Positions 47,547 through 55,873 of a DNA stretch of 64,000 nucleotides are shown piece by piece; the first letter of the stretch is position 1; the number at the start of each line of letters is the position of its first letter. Source of the DNA: a virus (lineage: Duplodnaviria > Caudoviricetes); IMG/VR virus record IMGVR_UViG_3300021368_000010, positions 1,333 through 65,332 of that record; one strand, written 5' to 3'. The notes beneath the pieces were generated by a model. That model did no database searches, was not told the origin of the DNA, and was given only the letters and a program-made list of their open reading frames with translations. The translations under genes were made by a program, and so were the position numbers.

Positions 47547-48001
47547 ACTAGTGTTCCTTTTTCTCTACGAATTTCTCTAAGTTCTTCAAAGTTTTTTTGT
47601 TTGGTGCCACCATCATATGCCCAGGCATATCCCTCTTCAATCATTTGTTCGTTGAGGGACACATCTCCGTCCCCAATGTATAACCAACCAAGAAGACGGC
47701 CATACTTGCCGACGCCACCAATAAGTTCAGTCCTAATAACAAGGTCATCATCACCAGAAATGGCACCTTCGAGTTTTTCTTTGAGCCAGTTTGTTGCTTC
47801 AATACCTAACTCCTTTTCTTCCAGGTCTCTGGTTCTCTTCTCGGTGGTATCCACTACAGCGACTCTCACCCTTTCTTTTTTATAGAGATCAAATCCTAGA
47901 TCGATAGTTACATCGATAGTGTCACCATCAAGAACTCTATTTATTTCGATCACTCGAAAGTTGTAACAACTCTTCCGACTCGGGGGTGTCATCGCTCCCA
48001 T
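47543..48001 (-). CDS. Thermonuclease (SNase)-family endonuclease
   Basis: VLDGDTIDV, KYGRLLG, NEQMIEEGYA. Confidence 0.8.
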   Translation of the reverse strand: MGAMTPPSRKSCYNFRVIEINRVLDGDTIDVTIDLGFDLYKKERVRVAVVDTTEKRTRDLEEKELGIEATNWLKEKLEGAISGDDDLVIRTELIGGVGKYGRLLGWLYIGDGDVSLNEQMIEEGYAWAYDGGTKQKNFEELREIRREKGTLV

Positions 48002-48140
48002 TTTCTTCTAACTCCTTGAATGCTAGGTTCATAATGGTATATATGTAATAACCAACACCTACCAAAAGGATAACGAGACACCAAATGATACTCCAAGTCA
48101 CACCAGTAGGATCTTCTATAGGGCGCAAAAATAAATTCAA
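47937..48140 (-). CDS. Small single-TM protein
   Basis: 67 aa, WSIIWCLVILLVGVGYYIY. Confidence 0.6.
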   Translation of the reverse strand: MNLFLRPIEDPTGVTWSIIWCLVILLVGVGYYIYTIMNLAFKELEENGSDDTPESEELLQLSSDRNK

Positions 48141-48279
48141 GGGTTGTGCGGATCTATACCAAGACTATCTAGGTAATCAATCCACCATTGAGGATCTTTT
48201 CGTTTCCATTTCGGGACATCCTTTCCTTGAAGCGAATAGTATTCGCTAATCGCTTCATCGATAGTCTGTGCGATCTCCA
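48137..48279 (-). CDS. Small hypothetical protein
   Basis: Probable TTG start (LEIAQTIDEAI) after GGAA-rich stretch; PQWWIDYL. Confidence 0.5.
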
Positions 48280-48464
48280 AATTCCTCTTCTTCTTCATCA
48301 ACATCCGCATACGGGTTCTCCAAATAGGGTCCTCGTTTTCGTAAAGGTTCTTTTCTGACATAATCCTGTTCAGCATTAACGGCTTCAATCCAAACAGCAA
48401 GTTTCATCACTAGAAAAATGATGATGAGAGGTGTAAAACACCCAACTAAAATTACGGGGTTCAT
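48255..48464 (-). CDS. Small single-TM protein
   Basis: 69 aa, hydrophobic N-terminus, acidic tail. Confidence 0.65.
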   Translation of the reverse strand: MNPVILVGCFTPLIIIFLVMKLAVWIEAVNAEQDYVRKEPLRKRGPYLENPYADVDEEEEEFGDRTDYR

Positions 48465-48619
48465 TTGTGACTCCTAGAGAAAGGTTCCCAGTGCTCCCAT
48501 CCATATTTATGGACAAAATGCATTCCTAAGATGGGAACAAACACAAGAAAAAACCCCATGACGCCAAGGCACCAAGGGGTCTGCATTGTGTGTCTTATAA
48601 ACAATTGAATGTGGTGCAT
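48461..48619 (-). CDS. 52-aa membrane microprotein (...HKYGWEHWEPF...)
   Basis: Not in ORF track; ATGA-coupled to the next gene; one TM helix. Confidence 0.65.
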   Translation of the reverse strand: MHHIQLFIRHTMQTPWCLGVMGFFLVFVPILGMHFVHKYGWEHWEPFSRSHK

Positions 48620-48621
48620 CT

Positions 48622-48705
48622 CTACTTTCTGTATCTAATTGGCCATGTTAGTTCCATAGCAGAAATAAGCAACAAAATAAAAGCAAATACAAACAATGTG
48701 CTCAT
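48622..48705 (-). CDS. 27-aa hydrophobic microprotein
   Basis: MSTLFVFAFILLLISAMELTWPIRYRK; ATGA overlap with the zwf stop. Confidence 0.55.
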   Translation of the reverse strand: MSTLFVFAFILLLISAMELTWPIRYRK

Positions 48706-50048
48706 GCTGGATAATCCCAATCGATTGCCATTTGATGGGTTTTATGTTGTGGTCCCCATGTATTTTCCATATAGATGTAAGGTACAGTTCTGATCTGACA
48801 TTGATCGCCTACACATAGTAGATCATCAACAATTCTCCATGATTCCATAACTTCCTCTGCATGAACGAAGTGTGATTGATCTCCATTGATTGCATCATAA
48901 AGAAGTTTTTCATAACCATCAACTGCTCTTTCCTGAGGATACTCATGGGTGAGAGTGGCAAGTTCAAGATCATTATTTAAACCGGGAGACTTAATGTCCA
49001 TCCGAATATCAAGATGGGGATTAGGTTGTACACGAATAACGATGCGATCATTAATCTCTCCTTCATACAATTTTAGCGGTGGAGCTTTGAGTTTAATGAC
49101 TACTTCTACACAACCATAAGGCATCTTCTTGCCTGTCATGACATTAAAAGGAACTCCCTCCCAACGCCAGTTATCGACGAATAAAGTACCAGCAAAATAG
49201 GTAGGAGTATTACTGTTAGGATCAACGCCCTCTTCATCTTTGTACCCATGGTATTGTCCGAGAATAATGGATGGTGACATTCTAGTGGCAGCTAAGACTT
49301 TTGTCTTCTCTCTTCTGACTTCTTTTGCTGACATTCGTGAAGGGGGTTCCATTGCAATTAAAGCAAGAACCTGGAGAACATGATTCTGTAGCATGTCTCG
49401 AACTGCTCCAGCAGTTTCATAATACTGAGCACGACCTTCGCATCCGATAGTTTCAGTTGCAAAGATCTGAACCTCTTCTATATATTCCCTGTTCCAAAGA
49501 GGTTCCAGTAGAATATTGCTAAAGCGGGTGGCAAGGATATTATTAACAGTATCTTTGCCGAGATAATGATCAATCCGATAAACCTGTTTTTCGCGTAGAT
49601 GTCTAGCAACCAAAGTTGATAGATGATCAGCAGATTTATAATCGTGCCCAAAGGGTTTTTCAATAACAACACGCGATGTTTCTGAGTCATCTAAACAACC
49701 TGCCTCCTTTAGATTAGTGATTGCATCTCCATATCTTTCTGGTGGAACCGAAAGAAAATAAGTCATATCATCAATGTATGCTGGGAGATTCCTAAGACTA
49801 TCTACATTCTCCAGATCAGCACATTGATAATCTAAATTCTGCAAGAAATCATCTGGATAGTCGCCAAGAGATTCTTTCCATTGATTTACTGTAGGTTCTC
49901 TCCTAGCACTACCTACAATTAAAAAATTATCTGGCAGAAGTTCTTTCTGCCAGAGTTTATAGAGTGCTGGGATCAATTTCTTTTTACAGAGATCTCCAGT
50001 TGCACCGAAGATCACAATACCTTTAGTGAGCGGTTCCATTTCCATCAT
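48702..50048 (-). CDS. zwf: Glucose-6-phosphate dehydrogenase
   Basis: IFGATGDL, EKPFG, RIDHYLGK, RDMLQNH; start at 50048/50045/50039. Confidence 0.97.
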   Translation of the reverse strand: MMEMEPLTKGIVIFGATGDLCKKKLIPALYKLWQKELLPDNFLIVGSARREPTVNQWKESLGDYPDDFLQNLDYQCADLENVDSLRNLPAYIDDMTYFLSVPPERYGDAITNLKEAGCLDDSETSRVVIEKPFGHDYKSADHLSTLVARHLREKQVYRIDHYLGKDTVNNILATRFSNILLEPLWNREYIEEVQIFATETIGCEGRAQYYETAGAVRDMLQNHVLQVLALIAMEPPSRMSAKEVRREKTKVLAATRMSPSIILGQYHGYKDEEGVDPNSNTPTYFAGTLFVDNWRWEGVPFNVMTGKKMPYGCVEVVIKLKAPPLKLYEGEINDRIVIRVQPNPHLDIRMDIKSPGLNNDLELATLTHEYPQERAVDGYEKLLYDAINGDQSHFVHAEEVMESWRIVDDLLCVGDQCQIRTVPYIYMENTWGPQHKTHQMAIDWDYPA

Positions 50049-50154
50049 ACTTGTCTGTTTCGTAATAGTTATTTTCACCTTTTCGTATCCCGAAATATAT
50101 CGTGGCCAATACAAATGGTACTGATATCCAGAGGAGTGCATTGCCTAAAGTCAT
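50023..50154 (-). CDS. ndhP: NDH-1 subunit NdhP-like microprotein (43 aa)
   Basis: MTLGNALLWISVPFVLATIYFGIRKGENNYYETDKYDGNGTAH: TM helix plus NdhP-type Y-x-T-D-x-Y-x-G-N-G-[ST]-A-H tail; ATGA-coupled. Confidence 0.85.
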   Translation of the reverse strand: MTLGNALLWISVPFVLATIYFGIRKGENNYYETDKYDGNGTAH

Positions 50155-50624
50155 TTGAAAAATACCTTAAATCCAAAAGATGTTCTGCCACCTTTAATAT
50201 TTCTAATACTAGTTATGTGTTCAGCATAAACTTTAAAGTCATCACCATATTCTACGCCTAATGATGCCAATGGTCCGTCAAACCTATCATTACTATCAAA
50301 ATCAGAATTGTTAATGCTGATCCCAGAGTAAAGAGTAGCGGCACCAGCTGGGGCGAGAAACTTGACACCTGCATGATTGACTCCCGGATGATCGTTGCAT
50401 TGCATTGGTGATGAAAGATGTTCAGCAAACAATCTTACATGTTTATGAATATCATATTCAATACCAAAAGAACCCATTGGTTCTTCAAATTTTAATTGAT
50501 CGTTGTTATCCCATGGATCTGCATTGATAGAAACATAGGTTCTAACTGATTCTGGTGTGATCCATCCAGCGACTGCGGTCACAGCGGTTGCCGCAACACT
50601 ATAATTACCAAGACAAATACTCAT
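50151..50624 (-). CDS. Hypothetical beta-rich protein with internal duplication
   Basis: GSFGIEY...RLFAEHLSS / ASLGVEY...KVYAEHITS. Confidence 0.65.
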   Translation of the reverse strand: MSICLGNYSVAATAVTAVAGWITPESVRTYVSINADPWDNNDQLKFEEPMGSFGIEYDIHKHVRLFAEHLSSPMQCNDHPGVNHAGVKFLAPAGAATLYSGISINNSDFDSNDRFDGPLASLGVEYGDDFKVYAEHITSIRNIKGGRTSFGFKVFFK

Positions 50625-51643
50625 CTTACGTCATGTCCTCCAAACATTGCTCGCATTCCGTTCAGAACCTTGGCAGCGAAAGCACCAAGACGGCGCGACT
50701 CAAAACGAGACCACAACGCACTGCTGATGACAGGAGCGGGTACACCAAGGTCCACAGCAGCGTGAACAGTCCAACGACCCTCACCAGAGTCTGATACTCC
50801 CCCATCGAACTTGCTAAGCTCTCTATCGCGGCGTAATACATCAGCGGTAAGATCAAGTAACCAACTGCCAACAACGCTACCGCGACGCCATAACTCAGCC
50901 ACCTCAGCAACATCAATGTCATATTGATAATCCCTTGGATTTTCCATCGGGGCAACTTCAGCATCACCTTCCTTGACATATTGAGAACCTGCATTTGCTT
51001 CATGTAGAATGTTAAAACCTTCGGCATATGCTTGCATGATTCCATACTCAATGCCGTTATGAACCATCTTTACAAAGTGACCTGCTCCAGGTGGTCCACA
51101 ATGTAACCAACCATACTCGGCACTTGTTTCATAACTGAGGGGGTCTGTACGAGAGGCAGATCCAATACCTGGTGAGAGTGCTCTAAAGATAGGAGCGCAG
51201 ACGGATACTGCAGTAGTTGTACCACCAACCATAAGACAGTATCCGCGCTCCAGACCATAAACACCACCACTAGTACCACAGTCAATATATTGGATGCCAA
51301 GTTTAGACAACCTTTCTGCCCTGCGTCTAGAGTCTTTAAAATTGGAATTGCCATGATCAATAATAATGTCACCTTCACTACAAAGTTGTAATAACTCATT
51401 GAGTGTCTCCTCTACTAATTCTGCAGGAATAACGAGTTGAAAGATGCCAGGATTGCCACCTTCCTTAACTACTTGAACAAGGCTTTCCAGATTAGTGGCA
51501 ACTCCACTGACATAACCCTTTTCAAACGCTTCTTCAGCTTTTGCATAATTCCTCCTGTAACCCCATACTTCAATGTTTTGTTTCATCATACGGCGGGACA
51601 TACCCTCGCCCATACGACCTAATCCGATTAATCCCACTTTCAT
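50621..51643 (-). CDS. gnd: 6-phosphogluconate dehydrogenase (short form)
   Basis: GLIGLGRMG, IDHGNS, GTSGG, GAGHFVKMVHNGIEYG, FGGH. Confidence 0.97.
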   Translation of the reverse strand: MKVGLIGLGRMGEGMSRRMMKQNIEVWGYRRNYAKAEEAFEKGYVSGVATNLESLVQVVKEGGNPGIFQLVIPAELVEETLNELLQLCSEGDIIIDHGNSNFKDSRRRAERLSKLGIQYIDCGTSGGVYGLERGYCLMVGGTTTAVSVCAPIFRALSPGIGSASRTDPLSYETSAEYGWLHCGPPGAGHFVKMVHNGIEYGIMQAYAEGFNILHEANAGSQYVKEGDAEVAPMENPRDYQYDIDVAEVAELWRRGSVVGSWLLDLTADVLRRDRELSKFDGGVSDSGEGRWTVHAAVDLGVPAPVISSALWSRFESRRLGAFAAKVLNGMRAMFGGHDVR

Positions 51644-51822
51644 TCCCAAGTCCTCCTAGCGATTGCCGATGCGGATCGGCGTTTTAATTCTGATGACAGA
51701 GATTCATACTCTCTGTACATACGATCTCCAACCGTGTACTTGCCCATTTTCTCTTCAACCGCTTCGATGATTAGTTTGTAATCTTCTTGGGTGAGAATGT
51801 TGTACTTAGTTTCTTTACTCAT
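51640..51822 (-). CDS. Small hypothetical protein
   Basis: 60 aa, tightly packed. Confidence 0.6.
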   Translation of the reverse strand: MSKETKYNILTQEDYKLIIEAVEEKMGKYTVGDRMYREYESLSSELKRRSASAIARRTWE

Positions 51823-52003
51823 TGTTTTTGAATAGTTGTTCTACTTGTTTACGAGCGTCCGACATTTTTTTATTTTCACGCTCGGCATGTTTGTAACCAT
51901 ATTTTCCATGGAATATAGCGTGACCTTGACAAAACATGGTCACACCAAAGATCAAGGCAAGAATAATGCCTATCCATTCAATTATAAGTGTATGTTCAGC
52001 CAT
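51815..52003 (-). CDS. Small single-TM protein
   Basis: 62 aa; TM then QGHAIFHGKYGYKH. Confidence 0.65.
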   Translation of the reverse strand: MAEHTLIIEWIGIILALIFGVTMFCQGHAIFHGKYGYKHAERENKKMSDARKQVEQLFKNNE

Positions 52004-52206
52004 GGGAATATCGGATCGATTACTCCAATGAGTCTAAGCAGACCCTCAGCAAAAAGTGCAAGAACAACCCAACCAACACACATACTGATAATTGAAGCAT
52101 TGCGATTGTGCTTTCGTATGGCAGCATCGATTAACTCCTGACACTCTTCATGTGTTATGTAGTTGGGTGGCGGATCTATCTTTTTGAATCTGTGTCCAAT
52201 TGCCAT
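51982..52206 (-). CDS. Small membrane protein of cyanobacterial type
   Basis: ECQELIDAAIRKHNRNASIIS then a TM helix. Confidence 0.7.
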   Translation of the reverse strand: MAIGHRFKKIDPPPNYITHEECQELIDAAIRKHNRNASIISMCVGWVVLALFAEGLLRLIGVIDPIFPWLNIHL

Positions 52207-52709
52207 TAAAAAATTACCTCCATTGCTTTTTCAAGTTCATGGACATGCTGTAGTTCATCATTTAAGATCTCTAGGATCTTATCGTCAGGACCATTCTCTG
52301 CAAGATACTTGGCATATGTTGTAGCGGCATGAACCTCTACTTCATAAGACAAATGGTATGCATTGCGAGGAGATACCCAATAATAAAATACATTGATCCA
52401 ATAATAGACAAGAACGAGGTGTTTGGCAACAAAGCGATCGATAAAATAAGCATTACCGCCCCGACTTTCCATATATTCCAGATGTGATGTTTCATTAATT
52501 GATTGCTCGAAGTGTTGAATCATGAGATCTATGTGCTCAGGACCACGAAGTCCCATGCTCTCTCTAAAATGTAACACGCTCAAAAACGCAAAATAGGGTG
52601 CCCGAGCAATCTCCTCAAGCACCCAAAATCTTTGATAGTCCCGACCATTATATAAGAAGTCGAGTATGGCAATGGTCCAATTAAGTACCAGGCAATTTAC
52701 GCTCTCCAT
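52206..52709 (-). CDS. ptoX: Plastoquinol terminal oxidase (PTOX)
   Basis: RFWVLEEIARAPYFAF, NETSH, EVHA, DELQH di-iron motifs. Confidence 0.93.
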   Translation of the reverse strand: MESVNCLVLNWTIAILDFLYNGRDYQRFWVLEEIARAPYFAFLSVLHFRESMGLRGPEHIDLMIQHFEQSINETSHLEYMESRGGNAYFIDRFVAKHLVLVYYWINVFYYWVSPRNAYHLSYEVEVHAATTYAKYLAENGPDDKILEILNDELQHVHELEKAMEVIF

Positions 52710-52956
52710 CTTGAGGAAATTCTTTGTCTAACCTATCTAGGCGATCAGCCCATGTTACACCCCCTTCAGTTCCTTTACAGGGGTTAATACAGTCAGCATC
52801 TCCTAACTTATTGCAAACCAAACCTGCCAAATCTAGTTCGCTTCCTTTGTTGCCAGTACCAGACCAGATATGTTGTCCGTTGATCCAGACTGCCCCACAT
52901 CTTTTACACTCTTTTCTCTCAAGTGCTAAGTCTGAAAATTCTCTACCGCTTTCCAT
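52681..52956 (-). CDS. Small Cys-rich hypothetical protein
   Basis: CKRCGAVWINGQH...LAGLVC...CINPC. Confidence 0.7.
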   Translation of the reverse strand: MESGREFSDLALERKECKRCGAVWINGQHIWSGTGNKGSELDLAGLVCNKLGDADCINPCKGTEGGVTWADRLDRLDKEFPQDGERKLPGT

Positions 52957-53158
52957 AGGTCTGATAGTGCTCCGTAAAGGTAGTTGGTTTAATTCCGAGT
53001 TGCTTTTCCAATTTTCTTCTCAGGAAGTAAGATCGGATAATAACCCAGTGCCAACGGATATCAATCTCAATGAACTGGATAAAACGCATCAAATCATTCA
53101 TTCCAAGATATGCTATGAAACAGATGATGATGGTAGCAGTCAAATAAAATGAGACCAT
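52943..53158 (-). CDS. Small membrane protein
   Basis: Start MVSFYL downstream of a sigma70 promoter. Confidence 0.6.
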   Translation of the reverse strand: MVSFYLTATIIICFIAYLGMNDLMRFIQFIEIDIRWHWVIIRSYFLRRKLEKQLGIKPTTFTEHYQTYGKR

Positions 53159-53181
53159 ACGAGTATCACGCTGATACAAAG

Positions 53182-53237
53182 ATTATAGGACTATTTACCA
53201 GATTTGTCAGTTACAAGTTATTACAATGTGTAATAAC
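53182..53237 (-). promoter_or_regulatory. Sigma70-type promoter (CTGACA-17-TATAAT) with adjacent HLR1-like direct repeat and palindrome
   Basis: attata 53182-53187, tgtcag 53205-53210, GTTACAAG-tt-ATTACAAT 53210-53227. Confidence 0.65.
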
Positions 53238-53238
53238 C

Positions 53239-53697
53239 TTAACAATTCCATGCTCGTAAACTTTTATTGATCCTGCTATCAGGATCTCTAGAAGTCTTAC
53301 TAGATGTACGCTTTGCTTTCATACCCTTCATTCTAGCGCAGAAGGATGCCCTTCTGGGATTTCCAACTTTCTTGCTTGGTGCTTTAAGGTCAGATCCAGG
53401 ATTTTCTCTTTCGTAAGACTTCCGTCCCTTTTCGTTGAGTCCTCCTTCTTTATTTTTTCCTGCCTTTCTTGTCCAGGCTGCTGCTTTTTCGTCAATATAA
53501 TAACCCTTTTCAGTTAAAACTCTAATCATTGCACGACCAATCGTCTCGTCAATGATACCCGAATGCTTTGCAGCATCTTTCATTTCCTTTTTAGAAGCAT
53601 CCTTTACAGTATACTTCTCCCACATAGACGGTCCATAACCGCATTGCTTTTTGGTTTCTCTCTTTTTGCACAACCGGCAATATCTTTCTTCAGACAT
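53239..53697 (-). CDS. Basic hypothetical protein (DUF6321-like), probable virion protein
   Basis: AAWTRKAGKN..GGLN.KGR...RRASFCARM...SLRAWNC. Confidence 0.75.
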   Translation of the reverse strand: MSEERYCRLCKKRETKKQCGYGPSMWEKYTVKDASKKEMKDAAKHSGIIDETIGRAMIRVLTEKGYYIDEKAAAWTRKAGKNKEGGLNEKGRKSYERENPGSDLKAPSKKVGNPRRASFCARMKGMKAKRTSSKTSRDPDSRINKSLRAWNC

Positions 53698-53866
53698 TTT
53701 TTTCTATGGATTGTCTTATACTATTTAACACTTTTTTGCAATCCCTCGAAGTTGATTGTAGTTGACTAATACCTCGTTTAACCTTCCTTCTAAGGACTGA
53801 AGGATGCTCTGGAACAGGGAGTTCTTCGGGATTGATTCTTGAAAAGATGTTATCAAAGTCTTTCAT
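53690..53866 (-). CDS. Small hypothetical protein (58 aa)
   Basis: Not in ORF track; fills the gap with overlaps at both ends. Confidence 0.4.
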   Translation of the reverse strand: MKDFDNIFSRINPEELPVPEHPSVLRRKVKRGISQLQSTSRDCKKVLNSIRQSIEKNV

Positions 53867-54110
53867 TTCCCCACAATTCCATGAGTTGTTTATATGTAGG
53901 ACCCATCTTTAATTGTTCTTTTGTTGCCATCTTATTTGCAGTGGCATACATTACAGACTTGGCGCGATTTCCGTATAACTTTTGCCACCGTTTGTATCCC
54001 TTTTTCATTCCTTTAACATACCTTTCGGCAGTCTTATTCACAGGTCCAGCAACATGAGTGCCGAACCCCTTTGGACCAACGACGGTTTCTCTCTTACGCC
54101 GCTTTGCCAT
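53853..54110 (-). CDS. Small basic hypothetical protein
   Basis: VKGMKK...YG..AKSVMYATANKMA. Confidence 0.7.
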   Translation of the reverse strand: MAKRRKRETVVGPKGFGTHVAGPVNKTAERYVKGMKKGYKRWQKLYGNRAKSVMYATANKMATKEQLKMGPTYKQLMELWGNERL

Positions 54111-54111
54111 A

Positions 54112-54648
54112 TCAACCTTCGATTTGCACTTCGTTGATATACATGGTCATGCCATTCGTGCTATCACCCTTTGCCTGAATCTTAATGCTGTTTCTAGCAA
54201 ATGCAGTGCCAGTAAATGCAGCAAGTGCAGATGCATCAGCATCAATAGTAATAGCACCAGTTACAGGATTAACAGCAGTAACTTCTTTATGGGAGAAGTT
54301 ATAACCAGAAACAGTAGCACCAGAGATAGTTACATAATCACCAACAACAATATTAGTTTGTTGGTTGGGAGTATCTAATGTTAATACACAAGGATTAGCA
54401 GCAGTTGCACCTGAAATCTTTGCTGCTTTTGGTTTTGCAAGTTTGAATACTTCAGCACCATTGACGGGCATATGCACCACCATATCCGTCGTTACATCAG
54501 GAGCACCACCCCATGCAAAGTGATTGCTATGTGCATCAGCATTGATAAATCTGTAGTATCCAGTTTTCACTGTATATGCATTAGTAGTTTGAGCAGTGTC
54601 ACTATTATCAGTGAGACTACCTAAATCTTGGACGGGGATGGTTGCCAT
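54112..54648 (-). CDS. Hypothetical virion structural protein
   Basis: 178 aa, beta-rich; ATAAATA upstream. Confidence 0.7.
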   Translation of the reverse strand: MATIPVQDLGSLTDNSDTAQTTNAYTVKTGYYRFINADAHSNHFAWGGAPDVTTDMVVHMPVNGAEVFKLAKPKAAKISGATAANPCVLTLDTPNQQTNIVVGDYVTISGATVSGYNFSHKEVTAVNPVTGAITIDADASALAAFTGTAFARNSIKIQAKGDSTNGMTMYINEVQIEG

Positions 54649-54657
54649 GACACTCAG

Positions 54658-55086
54658 TTATACTTCTTCTGTATTATTTATCTCCTTTTGTTTCTTTAGC
54701 ATCTTTTGCAATTCCGCTGTACTGCCAACAAACATCGTGTTATTAACAGTAGACGGTCCAGTCTTCTTTTCTTCGGCATCAAGATCCTTCATCTTTTTTT
54801 GTAGATCTATCAACTTATCTGCAGTGTCTGCTACATTTTTAATAAGTTGACCTGCAACTTCATAAGCACGAGGATGATCTGACGCTCGTGCCACATCAAG
54901 TATGCCATCTACTGCCTCCTGCCCTTTCATTACTAAGTTGTGAAGTTGAGCACGAGTAGTCTCATAGTCCTGCTTCACATCAGGAGTTTCTGTTTTTTTG
55001 AGTTCCGGTTTCACTTTTTCGACATGCTTCTGGAGTTCAGAAGGTTCTGCTCCAAAAACTTCATTTAATCCATCAAATGCACTCAT
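54658..55086 (-). CDS. g16: Terminase small subunit gp16
   Basis: DYETTR, HPRAYEV, FVGSTAELQK. Confidence 0.94.
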   Translation of the reverse strand: MSAFDGLNEVFGAEPSELQKHVEKVKPELKKTETPDVKQDYETTRAQLHNLVMKGQEAVDGILDVARASDHPRAYEVAGQLIKNVADTADKLIDLQKKMKDLDAEEKKTGPSTVNNTMFVGSTAELQKMLKKQKEINNTEEV

Positions 55087-55871
55087 GTGATCTCCTCATC
55101 TTCTCCGGTTACGGGGTTGCGTTTCTTATTGTCCATAAACTCTGAAGTCATTTCACTGAATCCAAAATCATCATCAGCGTCTGCTGTGAGCGGATCGGGT
55201 TCGACAATATAACGCATTTGTCTTGGTGCATTGACTGTATCTGTAGAACCATACATGTCGGTAATAACCTTTTTGATGACCTTGCCCTCGGTAACAGGAC
55301 CATAAAGATAGGTTTTTACTGTAAATGCTAATGTATAAATGATCGCTCTTCGCTGAGAAAAATCCCCAACATAGTCATCTTCGTATTGAATATCGTTCAA
55401 TATAACAGGAACATCTTTAACCTCGTTCATATCAGGAAGAAGTTTAACTGATAAATTATAATGAGGTTGAAAAAATGGCAGAATCTGTTCGATGATCTGC
55501 AATCCATCTTCTTGATTCTTAGAAATGATTGCTAACTCAAATCCCAAATTATATGGGACCGGCATAAACACATTTTTATTTGTCGTGCTAGTGCTAGCAA
55601 TAGTTACCTTTTGAGTGGGAGATAATTTTCTCTGCGTGTCATATGAAATATTGTTGATTTCAAAAGAAATTCTGGGTAGAGTAATTGATACCCTTTTGTT
55701 TGTAGGATCCGAAGTGCCCTCTAGACGAGCAAGAAATTTTTGCTTTGGTCCATATGCCAAGGGAACTTTCATTACCTCGTCCCCTCTCCTTAGTTCAATG
55801 TTATTGAACAGAGTTCCGAAAGCAACAACAGTCTTTCTAAAAATCTCGTGATATGAATAAGTTCCTAACAT
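55083..55871 (-). CDS. g15: Tail sheath stabiliser gp15
   Basis: AFGTLFN, VPLAYGPKQKF, LPRISFE, IEQILPFFQP. Confidence 0.95.
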   Translation of the reverse strand: MLGTYSYHEIFRKTVVAFGTLFNNIELRRGDEVMKVPLAYGPKQKFLARLEGTSDPTNKRVSITLPRISFEINNISYDTQRKLSPTQKVTIASTSTTNKNVFMPVPYNLGFELAIISKNQEDGLQIIEQILPFFQPHYNLSVKLLPDMNEVKDVPVILNDIQYEDDYVGDFSQRRAIIYTLAFTVKTYLYGPVTEGKVIKKVITDMYGSTDTVNAPRQMRYIVEPDPLTADADDDFGFSEMTSEFMDNKKRNPVTGEDEEIT

Positions 55872-55873
55872 AG

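Noticed and set aside
50049-50141. N-terminal extension of Zwf in the ORF track
   Set aside because: The region is better explained by ndhP in another frame; G6PDH similarity begins near 50039
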